Positions 46,764 to 57,029 are shown, counted from the first letter of the stretch. The stretch: DNA of 64,000 nt from Thermoplasmatota archaeon (GCA_040753455.1 JBFMEL010000001.1:5810-69809); one strand, 5' to 3'. Numbers and translations are program-made. Notes: a model not told the origin generated them from the sequence alone.

Positions 46764-47210
46764 ATGGCAGAAGCGATCAGAGAGGCTGTCAAGGACGAGT
46801 GCCGTGATCTCCTGCAGGGAGCGGTCACGAAGCCAGAGCGCAGTCTCGTCGAGGAGTTGCGGGAGATGTGCGCCGAGAACCCATACGCCTGCTATCAATG
46901 TGGCACCTGCTCTGCTGGCTGCCCGTACATCGAGGAGATGGACCTCACACCTGATGAGGTCATAAGGCATGTGGTCATGGACAAGAAGGAGGTGCTGGGT
47001 TCAAAGACGATATGGCTCTGCAGCTCCTGCTACACCTGTGCCGAGCGCTGTCCCAGGGACCTGAACATCACCAAGATCATGGAGGCACTGCGCCAGATCG
47101 TGCTGCGCAAGAACGTGGATGCAACGAGCATCCCCTGCATCGCAGAGGAGAAGAGGAGGGGGATACCGCAGATCGCGTTCGTATGCCTCTTCAGAAAGAA
47201 CATCGGATGA
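46764..47210 (+). CDS. hdrC: Heterodisulfide reductase subunit C-like (2x[4Fe-4S])
   Basis: CYQCGTCSAGCP and CSSCYTCAERCP. Start placed at the Met with a GGAGGGA RBS. A TATA-like element lies at ~46670. Confidence 0.75.
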   Translation: MAEAIREAVKDECRDLLQGAVTKPERSLVEELREMCAENPYACYQCGTCSAGCPYIEEMDLTPDEVIRHVVMDKKEVLGSKTIWLCSSCYTCAERCPRDLNITKIMEALRQIVLRKNVDATSIPCIAEEKRRGIPQIAFVCLFRKNIG

Positions 47211-47211
47211 G

Positions 47212-48090
47212 ACCATGGAGCTCTTGTATTTTCCAGGATGCACATTGAAGACCTATGCCAAGGGGCTCGAGACCTCTGCGTATGCTGTGATGAACGCACT
47301 GGGACACAGCATGGTGGAGATGAAGGAGTGGAACTGCTGCGGTGCTGTAGCCTCTCTCACAACGGATGACCTCATGCATCACATTGCCCCTTTACGTAAT
47401 CTGATCCATGTGGAGGACGAGGGGAAGGACAGGGTCATCGTCCTCTGCGACATGTGCTGCAACACCCTGAAGCAGACGCACTTACGGGTAAGGGAGCATC
47501 CCGAGGACCTGGAGAAGTTGAGCCTCTTCATGGACACCGAGCACAGGTACAATATGACTGTGAAGGTGCAGCACTTTCTGGAATTCCTGAGGGATGAAGT
47601 GACCTTCAAGGCCCTCAAGAAGATGGCGAAGCGCCCGTTGAAGGGGATGAGGCTGATGCCCTACTACGGCTGCATGCTCCTTCGGCCCAGGGAGGTCGCT
47701 ATAGACGATGCAGAGGAGCCCAGGATCATGGCAGAGCTGCTCGCAGCACTCGGCGCACAAGCAGTGGACAATCCTTACAAAATCGAATGCTGCGGCTCAT
47801 ATCACACGATAGAGCAGAAGGAGCTCACAGCCAAAAGGGCGCAGAAGATCTCGAGCTTCGCGATACAGCGCGGGGCGGATGCGATAGTGCTCTCATGCCC
47901 GCTGTGCAAGTTCAACATCGACCAGAGGGGCAAGGATGCTGAGCTCCTGTTCCCTGGTTATCGCCAGATCCCGGTCTATTATTACACTCAGCTCATCGCC
48001 GTTGCCCTCAACCTGGACATCGAGGTCTGCCAGTTCGGCGCGAACGCGGTGGACGCGGTGCCGCTGCTGAGGGAGAAGGGGGTGGCATAG
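47212..48090 (+). CDS. hdrB: Heterodisulfide reductase subunit B-like (two CCG domains)
   Basis: Two cysteine-rich CCG motifs (EWNCCGA, IECCGSYH), C-x31-39-CCG type. Confidence 0.8.
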   Translation, partial: TMELLYFPGCTLKTYAKGLETSAYAVMNALGHSMVEMKEWNCCGAVASLTTDDLMHHIAPLRNLIHVEDEGKDRVIVLCDMCCNTLKQTHLRVREHPEDLEKLSLFMDTEHRYNMTVKVQHFLEFLRDEVTFKALKKMAKRPLKGMRLMPYYGCMLLRPREVAIDDAEEPRIMAELLAALGAQAVDNPYKIECCGSYHTIEQKELTAKRAQKISSFAIQRGADAIVLSCPLCKFNIDQRGKDAELLFPGYRQIPVYYYTQLIAVALNLDIEVCQFGANAVDAVPLLREKGVA

Positions 48091-48112
48091 ATCATGACAG
48101 GGAGGGGGCTCA

Positions 48113-48853
48113 TTGGCTGAGGCGGCTGTGGCTCATGCAAGGAACCGAGAGATGGAAGGCGCGGAGAAGAGGACATACGACATCTACATCATGGGAAAGA
48201 GGTACCAGGTGCCTGTGGGTCTGACGATCATGAGCGCGATAGAGTATGCGGGCTACCAGTTCATCCGTGGCTGCGGGTGCAGGGCAGGGTTCTGCGGCGC
48301 GTGTTCCACAGTGTATCGGAAGGAAGATGAGCAGAAGCTCCACTTCGTGCTGGCGTGCCAGACGCTGGTCGAGGACGGGATGTATCTCGTGCAGATTCCG
48401 TTCGTGCCCGCCACAAAAGCGCTTTACGACATCGCTGCCCTGAAACCCGAGGAGAACACCGTGCTCTCCATCTACCCGGAGATCGCCAGGTGCGTGGCAT
48501 GCAACACATGCACCAAGTCATGCCCGCAGGAGATCAACGTGATGATGTACATCCAGAACGCCCTGAGGGGGGATATCGCAAGAGCAGCAGAGATCTCGTT
48601 CGACTGCATACAGTGCGGGCTGTGCGCCATGCGGTGCCCTGCGGATATCAAGCACTATCATGTGGGGCAGTTAGTGAGGAGGCTGCGCGGAAAATACTTG
48701 GACAAAAGATCCGAGCAACTGAGGGCGCGTCTCGAAGAGGTGAGAAGCGGGAGATACAAGGCAGAGATCGATGGGATGCTCTCTTTGCCCATCCAGGAGC
48801 TGAAGCTGATGTACAAGAACAGGAAGCTCGAGGCAGGTGCAGAGGAGGACTGA
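48113..48853 (+). CDS. sdhB: Succinate dehydrogenase / fumarate reductase iron-sulfur subunit
   Basis: [2Fe-2S] GCGCRAGFCGACS, then CVACNTCTKSCP and CIQCGLCAMRCP. Confidence 0.75.
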   Translation: MAEAAVAHARNREMEGAEKRTYDIYIMGKRYQVPVGLTIMSAIEYAGYQFIRGCGCRAGFCGACSTVYRKEDEQKLHFVLACQTLVEDGMYLVQIPFVPATKALYDIAALKPEENTVLSIYPEIARCVACNTCTKSCPQEINVMMYIQNALRGDIARAAEISFDCIQCGLCAMRCPADIKHYHVGQLVRRLRGKYLDKRSEQLRARLEEVRSGRYKAEIDGMLSLPIQELKLMYKNRKLEAGAEED

Positions 48854-50507
48854 TCGCTTGAAGCTCATCGAGGGCTATCCAGAGTATATGTGGAACTCGA
48901 TTCAGAAGGTGGAGGAGACGAGGGAGAAGCGCGCGGGTGTGATCCCCAGAGCCATGAGCCCGGAGGAGCGCGAGGAGGTGCTGAGGAAGTTCCACCCTGA
49001 TTTCATGGAGGGCACACGCCGCGAGGTCAGGATCGGGGCTAACAAGAACGAACACATATACAACGAGATCGTGGACCTGATAGAGGCAAAGCCGAAGATC
49101 GAGCCGAAGGATATAGACCTCGGCAGGGTGGATTACGATGTGGACGTGCTGGTCATAGGGGGTGGAGGCGCTGGTACGGTCGCAGCGATCTTCGCTCATG
49201 AATCTGGGATCCCGGTGGATCGCATCCTGCTGTGCACGAAGCTCAGGCATGGGGATTCCAATTCGATGATGGCGCAGGGCGGGATACAGGCAGCGGACAG
49301 GCCTGGGGACAGCCCGGCGATCCACTTCTTGGACGCGTACGGCGGCGGGCATTTCACCAACAAGCCCGAACTGGTCAGCGCGCTGGTGCAGGACGCGCTG
49401 GAGGTAGTCAAGTGGCATGAGGAGCTGGGCGTGATGTACGACCGCACCGAGGAGGGGAACTTCGTGGAGCTCTCGGGCGGAGGCACATCGCGCAACCGCA
49501 TGCACTCTGCCAAGGACTACACCGGGATGGAGCTGATGAGGACGATCCGCGATCACGCGAGGAACCTGAGGATCCCTGTGCTGGAGTTCGCTCCTGTGGT
49601 CGAGCTGCTGATGGATGACCATGGTGCGGTCTCAGGGGGGGTTGCGGTAAACCTCGAGACCCAGGAATATTACGTGATCAGAGCCAAAGCCACGATCCTA
49701 GCCACCGGAGGAAGTGGACGACTGCACCTGGCTAACTACGCGACCACGAACCACTATGGTGCCACGGGGGACGGGCTAATCATGGCTTACCATGCGGGTG
49801 CGAAGCTGCGCGACCTGGACACGGCACAGATTCATCCCACGGGCGCTGCCTATCCCGAGGCGATAGTAGGGTTCCTGTGCACCGAGAAGATCAGGGGGCT
49901 GGGCGGGCAGCCCGTGAACAAGGACGGCGAGCTCTTCGTCTTCCCGCTGGAACCGAGGGACGTGGAATCCGCAGCGTTCATCAGGGAGTGCAGGGAGCGC
50001 GGCAAGGGGCTCGTGACCCCCACGGGAATGCCCGGGATATGGCTCGACACCCCGATGATCGATCTGCTGCACGGCAAGGGAACGATCGAGCGCTCGCTGG
50101 CTGCGATGGTGCGGCAGTTCAAGCGCGTGGGGATCGACATGGTGAAATATCCGATCTTCGTGTATCCAACGCTGCACTATCAGAATGGCGGGGTGGAGAT
50201 CAACGAGCGCTGTGAGACCGGTGTGCTGGGGCTCTTCGCGGCGGGAGAGGTCAGCGGAGGGGTGCATGGCAAGAACCGCCTGATGGGCAACTCGCTCCTG
50301 GATTACAACGTCTTCGGGCGCAGGGCAGGGAGATATGCTGCGGAGTATGCGAAGGATCGCACTGTGGGCAAACTCTCCCTTCATCATCTCGACCACTACA
50401 TGCACATGCTGGAAGGAGCCCATATTAGATTCGACAGGAGCGCGCCGATCATCCTGCCCGAGTACCGTGGTAAGGAGGCGCTCGCACGCGCCCTCGATGT
50501 GCTGTGA
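48837..50507 (+). CDS. sdhA: Succinate dehydrogenase / fumarate reductase flavoprotein subunit with a ~100-aa N-terminal extension
   Basis: FAD motif DVLVIGGGGAGTVAA, covalent-FAD region H..SNSMMAQGG, and the active-site HPTG. Confidence 0.85.
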   Translation: MQRRTDRLKLIEGYPEYMWNSIQKVEETREKRAGVIPRAMSPEEREEVLRKFHPDFMEGTRREVRIGANKNEHIYNEIVDLIEAKPKIEPKDIDLGRVDYDVDVLVIGGGGAGTVAAIFAHESGIPVDRILLCTKLRHGDSNSMMAQGGIQAADRPGDSPAIHFLDAYGGGHFTNKPELVSALVQDALEVVKWHEELGVMYDRTEEGNFVELSGGGTSRNRMHSAKDYTGMELMRTIRDHARNLRIPVLEFAPVVELLMDDHGAVSGGVAVNLETQEYYVIRAKATILATGGSGRLHLANYATTNHYGATGDGLIMAYHAGAKLRDLDTAQIHPTGAAYPEAIVGFLCTEKIRGLGGQPVNKDGELFVFPLEPRDVESAAFIRECRERGKGLVTPTGMPGIWLDTPMIDLLHGKGTIERSLAAMVRQFKRVGIDMVKYPIFVYPTLHYQNGGVEINERCETGVLGLFAAGEVSGGVHGKNRLMGNSLLDYNVFGRRAGRYAAEYAKDRTVGKLSLHHLDHYMHMLEGAHIRFDRSAPIILPEYRGKEALARALDVL

Positions 50508-50518
50508 GGTGCAGAGCC

Positions 50519-50779
50519 ATGATCACCGTATTAGAGGACTGGTGCAAGGGCTGCGCGATCTGCATCAAGCGCTGCCCGCGCGACGCGCTGGAGCTCTCCA
50601 CCAAGCTGAATAAGAGGGGCGTGTATCCCCCCAAGCTCAAGGAGGTGAACGACTGCAATTACTGCCGCCTCTGCGAGCTGCTCTGTCCTGATTTCGCGCT
50701 CAGTGTGACCCCTGACGAGGGGTACGTGCCCAAGGATTTCAAGAAGCTCATAATCGGAGGGATTGCAGGTGAGGTATAA
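50519..50779 (+). CDS. korD: 2-oxoacid:ferredoxin oxidoreductase delta subunit (2x[4Fe-4S] ferredoxin)
   Basis: CKGCAICIKRCP and CNYCRLCELLCP. Confidence 0.75.
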   Translation: MITVLEDWCKGCAICIKRCPRDALELSTKLNKRGVYPPKLKEVNDCNYCRLCELLCPDFALSVTPDEGYVPKDFKKLIIGGIAGEV

Positions 50780-50804
50780 GCGAGATCCTGAGAGGATCAG
50801 GAGG

Positions 50805-51953
50805 GTGTTGGGACCCAAGGTCCAGTTTATACAGGGTGATATGGCAATAACGCACGGCGCACTCCTCGCAGGCTGCTCCTTCTTCGCAGGATATCCGATC
50901 ACCCCTGCTTCTGAGGTCGCGGAAACAGCTGCACGTCTGTTCCCGAGGGCGGGCGGGATGTTCATACAGATGGAGGACGAGATCGCCAGCATCGGGGCGG
51001 TGATCGGCGCTGCATGGGGTGGCGCAAAGGCTATGACAGCCACATCTGGACCTGGATTCTCGCTGATGATGGAGAACTATGGGTACGCGGTGATGACCGA
51101 AACCCCATGCGTGATAGCGAACGTGCAGCGCACCGGTCCATCCACGGGGCAGCCGACGCTGGGCGCGCAGGGGGACATGATGCAGGTGAGATGGGGCTCG
51201 CACGGGGACATGGAAGCCATAGCACTGGCACCGAGCACCGTGCAGGAATCGCTGGACATGACGATCGAATCGTTCAACCTCTCTGAGAAGTACAGGCATC
51301 CAGTATGCCTGATGACCGATGGCGAGATCGGCCATCTGAGGGAAAAGGTGGTGATCCCAGGAGAGGAGGAGATGACCGTTGTTGAGAGGGTGACTGCCAC
51401 GATCGAGAAGGAGAAGTTCCTGCCCTTCACAGGATCGCAGACGAGGGACAGCAAGGTGCCCGACTTCCCCACCTTCGGCACAGGATACAGGACATATGTG
51501 ACTGGCTTGACGCACAACAAGAGGGGCTTTCCAGCCACGGACAAGCAGAAGGATCATGAGGAGCTGATCACGAGGATCGTGTCAAAGATCGCAGACGACA
51601 GGGAGGCGCTGACCTCTGTTGAGAGGATGCAACTGGACGATGCAGAGATTGCCTTCGTGACATATGGAGCAAGCGCTAGACCTGCCGAGACCGCGGTGGC
51701 GATGGGGAGAAAGAACAGGATCAGGGTCGGGATGCTGCGGCTCAAGGTTGTGTGGCCCTTCCCCAGGCACGTGATAGAGGCGCTGTCCAGGCAGGTGCAC
51801 AGGATCATCGTCGCGGAGATGAACTTAGGGCAGATCATGCACACTGTGAGGGAGTTCGCGGTGGACGACTGCGATGTTGTCTTGGCATCCAAGGTAGGCG
51901 GCGAGATGCACCTGCCGCACGAACTCTATGAATATCTGGAGGTGAAGGGATGA
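50805..51953 (+). CDS. korA: 2-oxoacid (2-oxoglutarate/pyruvate):ferredoxin oxidoreductase alpha subunit
   Basis: GDMAITHGALLAG..FAGYPITPASE is the OFOR alpha N-terminus. GTG/TTG start after AGGAGG. Confidence 0.85.
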   Translation: MLGPKVQFIQGDMAITHGALLAGCSFFAGYPITPASEVAETAARLFPRAGGMFIQMEDEIASIGAVIGAAWGGAKAMTATSGPGFSLMMENYGYAVMTETPCVIANVQRTGPSTGQPTLGAQGDMMQVRWGSHGDMEAIALAPSTVQESLDMTIESFNLSEKYRHPVCLMTDGEIGHLREKVVIPGEEEMTVVERVTATIEKEKFLPFTGSQTRDSKVPDFPTFGTGYRTYVTGLTHNKRGFPATDKQKDHEELITRIVSKIADDREALTSVERMQLDDAEIAFVTYGASARPAETAVAMGRKNRIRVGMLRLKVVWPFPRHVIEALSRQVHRIIVAEMNLGQIMHTVREFAVDDCDVVLASKVGGEMHLPHELYEYLEVKG

Positions 51954-52825
51954 TTACTGCTGAGCAACTGCGCGAGAAATATCTGCGGGACGGCATGCTG
52001 CCCACGATCTTCTGTGACGGCTGCGGTCATGGTTCCGCTATCGACTACACGCTGCATGCGATCGAGGAGCTCGGTCTGGACATGGACAGCGTGGCTTTAG
52101 CCTCAGGGATAGGCTGCTCCTCCCGCATCCCTGGCTACATCAATGTAGATGGGCTGCACACCACCCATGGCAGGGCGATAGCGTTCGCCACAGGGATCAA
52201 GGCTGCGAACCCTGATCTCACCGTGATCGTATTCACAGGGGACGGTGACTGCGCAGGGATAGGGGGGAATTACTTCATACACGCTGCCAGGAGGAACATA
52301 GACATCACCGTGATCCTGCTCAACAACTTCATCTATGGGATGACTGGAGGACAGCTCGCGCCCACCGCGCCGTTCAACAGCATCTCCACCACCTCTCCCT
52401 ACGGCAACATCGAGCAGGCGTTCGACCTCTGCGAGCTCGCGAAGGCGTTGGGTGCGGCGTACGTGGCGCGCTGGCCCATCCATTACCCCTACCAGCCGAT
52501 CAAGTCCATAAAGGAAGGGATTCAGAAGAGAGGGTTCGCGCTGATAGAGCTGATGTCCCCCTGCCCCACGGCATACGGCAGGAGGAACAAGTTAGGCGAG
52601 ATCGATGCACTGTGGAACTGGTACGAGGAGAACGTGATCCTCATCGAGGACTACGAGCGCGTGATGAGCTACGGCACCGAGGAGGAGAAGGTGCAGGTGA
52701 AGGGGAAGATGCAGATCGGGGTGTTTCAGAACACGGACAAGCCAGGGTTCTTCGAGGAGCACGAGAAGCTGGTGCGGCGCCTGATGGAGAAGGACGATGC
52801 CAAGCGCAAGGGGGGCTCAGTTTGA
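51950..52825 (+). CDS. korB: 2-oxoacid:ferredoxin oxidoreductase beta subunit (TPP-binding)
   Basis: FCDGCGHG cluster-binding motif and TPP motif GDGD. ATGA overlap with korA. Confidence 0.85.
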   Translation: MITAEQLREKYLRDGMLPTIFCDGCGHGSAIDYTLHAIEELGLDMDSVALASGIGCSSRIPGYINVDGLHTTHGRAIAFATGIKAANPDLTVIVFTGDGDCAGIGGNYFIHAARRNIDITVILLNNFIYGMTGGQLAPTAPFNSISTTSPYGNIEQAFDLCELAKALGAAYVARWPIHYPYQPIKSIKEGIQKRGFALIELMSPCPTAYGRRNKLGEIDALWNWYEENVILIEDYERVMSYGTEEEKVQVKGKMQIGVFQNTDKPGFFEEHEKLVRRLMEKDDAKRKGGSV

Positions 52826-52874
52826 CAGGGAGCAAAGGTCTGTGTCTCGGGTGCTGCACGCAGGGGGCGATGAA

Positions 52875-53414
52875 ATGAAGAAAGAGATAAGGATCGCGGG
52901 CTTCGGGGGTCAGGGCGTGGTGCTGGCAGGTGTCATCCTCGGCAGGGCTGCATGCGTGTATTCTGAGTACAACGCTGTGCAGAGCCAGTCCTATGGCCCA
53001 GAGGCAAGGGGTGGTGCGGCGAGATCCGAGGTCATCATATCCGATGAAAAGATCGGCTATCCCAGACCCACCAGTGTGGATCTGTTCGCTGCCATGGCGC
53101 AGGAGGCGTTCGACACCTATGTGAAGGACGTGAGAGAGGATACGATCATCATCATAGACCCAGACCTCGTGCCCCGTCATGATATCGGGCGCCCGCTGTA
53201 CAAAGTGAGGGCGCAGAAGATCGCTGAGGAGCTGGGGAATAAGGTGGTGACAAATATCGCAATGGTCGGCGGGATCACAGGGATCTTCACACTCTTGAGC
53301 CCGGAGGCTGTGAAGCAGGCGGTGATAGACTCCGTGCCCGCGCGCTTCAAGGAACTGAACGTCAAGGCGTTCGAGAAAGGCTTAGAGGCAGGTAGAGATG
53401 CCAGACCCGAGTGA
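52875..53414 (+). CDS. korG: 2-oxoacid:ferredoxin oxidoreductase gamma subunit
   Basis: MKKEIRIAGFGGQGVVLAG is the canonical gamma-subunit start. Confidence 0.8.
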   Translation: MKKEIRIAGFGGQGVVLAGVILGRAACVYSEYNAVQSQSYGPEARGGAARSEVIISDEKIGYPRPTSVDLFAAMAQEAFDTYVKDVREDTIIIIDPDLVPRHDIGRPLYKVRAQKIAEELGNKVVTNIAMVGGITGIFTLLSPEAVKQAVIDSVPARFKELNVKAFEKGLEAGRDARPE

Positions 53415-56400
53415 GATCATTCACAGGTACTACGAGGACGTCCCCCTTGCAGACGATTACCTCGTCCTTGTACCAGAGATCATGATGCTGGACGACGAGG
53501 TCTCAGAGGGATATGCCCCAGCCCTGAGGGCGGAGATGGCGATCCGCAGGATCAAGAGAACGATGGAGGGGGACGTGCTGGTCGTGGGTGCGGGCATCGC
53601 GGGCATGCAGGCTGCGCTCGACATCGCGGACAAGGGCTACAGGGTGGTGCTGGTGGAGAAATCCTCCACCATCGGGGGAAATATGGTCAAGCTGGACAAG
53701 ACCTTCCCCACCAACGACTGCTCGATCTGCACCTCCGCGCCGAAGATGGTGGAAGTATCAAGGCACCCGAACATCAAGCTGCTGACCTATGCCGAGCTCG
53801 CAAGGTTAGAGGGCAGTGCCGGAGACTTCACGGCTCATGTATACAGAAAGAGCAGGTACGTGGATCCCGAGAAGTGCACAGGCTGCGACGACTGCGCTGT
53901 GGTGTGCCCCGTGGAGATCGTCAATCCCTTCGATGAGCGCTTGTCCAAGCGCAAGGCGATATACATCGAGTTCCCGCAGGCTGTGCCCATCGTGTACACC
54001 ATCGATTACGAGCACTGCGTGGGCTGCGGCGCATGCGAGCGCGCGTGCGAGCCTGGCGCGATCTCCTTTCTACAGAAATCTGAAGATATAGAGGTAAGGG
54101 TGGGCAGCGTCATCGTCGCCACGGGCTACGAGCTCTTCGAGCCCCTGGAGATGCGCAGAGAGTATGGATATGGAAAATATTCAAATGTAATTACAGCGAT
54201 GCAGTTCGAGCGCCTCTTATCCTCCTTCGGACCCACTGAGGGAAAGGTCAGACGCCCGTCGGACGGTGCCAAGCCCAGGTCTATCGCATGGATCCAGTGC
54301 GTTGGGTCGAGGAGCAAGCAGCTCGGGTTCCCGTACTGCTCCAGGGTCTGCTGCATGTACGCGACCAAGGAAGCCTCGATCACTAAGGAGGCAGAGCCAG
54401 ATACAGATATCACGATATTCTACATGGACCTCCGCGCCTATGGGAAGGACTTCCAGCAGTATTACGAGGATGCCAAGAAACTGGGCGTGAACTATGTGCG
54501 TGCTCGCCCCTCCTCCATATACCAGAACGAGGACAAGAGCATCACGATCAGGTACATGGACACCCACACCAGGGAGGTGAAGGAAAAAACTGTGGACCTG
54601 CTGGTGCTCTCCACAGCGATCATGCCGTCGAGGGAGAACAAGCGCCTTGCCAGCGTTCTGGGGATAGAGGTGGACGAGAGCGGTTTCTTCAGGGCAAGAT
54701 CCACAGTCACTGACCCTATCGCCTCCACGCGCGATGGCGTCTACCTTGCAGGCTGCATCCAGGGTCCGAAGGACATCCCGGACAGCGTGGCGATGGGCAG
54801 CGGTGCAGCCGCGAGAGCCATGGTGCCGATCATTGGAAGGGCGAAGACCGCGCCGCCACCCCCGCCGCCGGAGAGGGACGTGAGCTCAGAGCCTCCTAAG
54901 ATAGGGGTATTTGTCTGCCACTGCGGCAAGAACATCGCCAACTACGTGGATGTGGAGGCTGTGACCAGGTACGCGCAGTCCCTGCCTAACGTGGTGTACG
55001 CCACGCACGAGATGTTCGTCTGCTCCGAGGATATCCAGAAGAAGATCAAGGAGCAGATCAAGGAGGAGGGGCTGAACAGGGTCATTGTGGCGGCATGCTC
55101 CCCGCGCACCCATGGTCCCCTGTTCCAGGATACGATGGTCGCAGCAGGGCTGAACAAGTACCTCTTCGAGATGGCGAACATCCGCAACCAGTGCTCGTGG
55201 GTGCACTCTCACGAGCCCGAGAGGGCGACACAGAAATCCAAGGGGTTGGTGGCGATGGCAGTGACCAGGGCATCGCTGCTCGAGCCACTAACGGAGAGCG
55301 ATTTCACGGTGATTCCAAGGACGCTGGTGATCGGTGGAGGGCTGTCCGGGATGAGGGCAGCGATCGCGCTGTCAGAGATGGGGATCGAATCGTTCATCGT
55401 CGAGCGGGAAGAGGAGCTGGGTGGCATCCTCAAACACCTTCATTCCCTATTCCCCGCAGAGACCAAAGCCTCGGATATCATAGAGCCGCTCATCACCAGG
55501 GTGAAGAACGATCCACGCATCACCGTGTACACTGGGGCGGAGCTGCTCAGCGTCGAGGGTTTCATCGGCAACTTCAAGGCTAAGCTCAACACGCACGAGG
55601 GCGAGAAGGAGATAGAGTTCGGCACTGCGATCATCGCCACAGGGTTCAGGGAGATTGACCTCAAGGGGAGATACGCTCATGGCACGCATCCCGGGATCGT
55701 CACACAGACAGAGCTCGAGAGGATGCTGAAGGAGGGCACGGTGCCCCCACTAAAGCACGTGGTGATCATCAACTGCGCAGGTGCGATGGACGACGAGCGC
55801 CCGTACTGCTGCCGCATAGGCTGCGGCGTCTCGATAAAGAACGCGAAACTGCTCAAGGATATCAATCCCAACATGGAAATAACCATCCTCTACCGCGACA
55901 TCAGAGTGTTCGGGAAGGACGAGGAGGAATACTACGGGCGCGTGATAGAAGACAAGAGGGTGAAGATCATACGGTACCTGAAGGAAGAACAGCCAGCAGT
56001 ATCCGTGAGCGAGAAGGGTGATTTAGGCGTCAGGGTGAGGGATGCTGTGTACGGTGATGAGTTCGAGCTGCCCGCGGACCTGGTGGTGCTCACTGCTCAG
56101 ACAGAGGGAGGTGCTGATGTCGAGCGGCTTAAGAAGATGCTGAAGGTGCCCACTGACGCAGGCGGCTTCTTCACCGAGGCACATGCAAAGATACGCCCCC
56201 TGGATTTCGCTTCAGATGGTGTGTATGTGTGCGGCAGTGCCCACTATCCCAAGAACCTCGCGGACACGATCGCGCAGGCTGAGGGTGCTGCATCGCGCGC
56301 TGCGATACCGATACTGCGGGGGATGGTCAGGGGAGAGGGCATAGTATCCTCCATAGACCCGGACAGATGCTCGGGCTGCGGTCTCTGCGTCGGCGTATGC

Positions 56401-56562
56401 CCTTACGGCGCCATCTCCCTGGAGAGGGGTGTGGGGGTGGTGAACGTCGCGCTCTGCAAGGGCTGCGGCGCCTGTGCAGCCATCTGCCCATCGGGCAGCG
56501 CCAGGCAGATGGGATACAGGGACAACCAGATCTTAGCGATGTTAGGGGCTGCGATGACGTAG
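53398..56562 (+). CDS. hdrA: Giant (1054 aa) tandem-duplicated heterodisulfide reductase subunit A-like flavoprotein
   Basis: Two successive FAD-dependent HdrA modules (VLVVGAGIAGMQAALD and TLVIGGGLSGMRAA). Each has inserted ferredoxin CxxCxxCxxxCP motifs. An internal HdrA N-terminal Cys cluster (VFVCHCGKNIA) is present. Confidence 0.8.
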   Translation: MPDPSEIIHRYYEDVPLADDYLVLVPEIMMLDDEVSEGYAPALRAEMAIRRIKRTMEGDVLVVGAGIAGMQAALDIADKGYRVVLVEKSSTIGGNMVKLDKTFPTNDCSICTSAPKMVEVSRHPNIKLLTYAELARLEGSAGDFTAHVYRKSRYVDPEKCTGCDDCAVVCPVEIVNPFDERLSKRKAIYIEFPQAVPIVYTIDYEHCVGCGACERACEPGAISFLQKSEDIEVRVGSVIVATGYELFEPLEMRREYGYGKYSNVITAMQFERLLSSFGPTEGKVRRPSDGAKPRSIAWIQCVGSRSKQLGFPYCSRVCCMYATKEASITKEAEPDTDITIFYMDLRAYGKDFQQYYEDAKKLGVNYVRARPSSIYQNEDKSITIRYMDTHTREVKEKTVDLLVLSTAIMPSRENKRLASVLGIEVDESGFFRARSTVTDPIASTRDGVYLAGCIQGPKDIPDSVAMGSGAAARAMVPIIGRAKTAPPPPPPERDVSSEPPKIGVFVCHCGKNIANYVDVEAVTRYAQSLPNVVYATHEMFVCSEDIQKKIKEQIKEEGLNRVIVAACSPRTHGPLFQDTMVAAGLNKYLFEMANIRNQCSWVHSHEPERATQKSKGLVAMAVTRASLLEPLTESDFTVIPRTLVIGGGLSGMRAAIALSEMGIESFIVEREEELGGILKHLHSLFPAETKASDIIEPLITRVKNDPRITVYTGAELLSVEGFIGNFKAKLNTHEGEKEIEFGTAIIATGFREIDLKGRYAHGTHPGIVTQTELERMLKEGTVPPLKHVVIINCAGAMDDERPYCCRIGCGVSIKNAKLLKDINPNMEITILYRDIRVFGKDEEEYYGRVIEDKRVKIIRYLKEEQPAVSVSEKGDLGVRVRDAVYGDEFELPADLVVLTAQTEGGADVERLKKMLKVPTDAGGFFTEAHAKIRPLDFASDGVYVCGSAHYPKNLADTIAQAEGAASRAAIPILRGMVRGEGIVSSIDPDRCSGCGLCVGVCPYGAISLERGVGVVNVALCKGCGACAAICPSGSARQMGYRDNQILAMLGAAMT

Positions 56563-56582
56563 GGAGAATGACGATAATGTGA

Positions 56583-57029
56583 TTGATGGAGGTTGCATGG
56601 ATGGACGAGAAAAACGGTTTCGAGCCGAAGATCATCGGGTTTCTCTGCAACTGGTGCAGCTATGCCGGTGCAGACCTGGCAGGGGTGAGCAGGATCCAGT
56701 ACCCGCCCAACGTGCGGGTAATAAGGGTCATGTGCTCCAGCAGGGTGGACCCTATCTTTGTGCTCAGGGCATTGACGGATGGAGCAGACGGCGTATTGAT
56801 AGCAGGCTGTCATCCTGGTGATTGCCATTACATCGAGGGGAACTACCGCACGAGGCGGAGGGTTGCTGCACTGAAAAGGATCCTCGAGAAGTATGGGCTG
56901 AGCGACAGGCTCTTCCTTGAATGGGTGAGCGCAAGCGAGGGAAAGAAGTTCGCGGAGGTGGTGACAAAGGTCACCAACACCATCAAGGAGCTTGGACCAA
57001 ACCCGCACAGAAAGATATGGGAGATCTAG
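56583..57029 (+). CDS. mvhD: MvhD/FlpD-like [2Fe-2S] subunit
   Basis: [17 protein letters not shown]...[10 protein letters not shown] is the MvhD signature. Confidence 0.8.
   Translation: MMEVAWMDEKNGFEPKIIGFLCNWCSYAGADLAGVSRIQYPPNVRVIRVMCSSRVDPIFVLRALTDGADGVLIAGCHPGDCHYIEGNYRTRRRVAALKRILEKYGLSDRLFLEWVSASEGKKFAEVVTKVTNTIKELGPNPHRKIWEI

Noticed and set aside
48648-49622. 324-aa minus-strand ORF
   Set aside because: Antisense to sdhB/sdhA, which have strong motif support.
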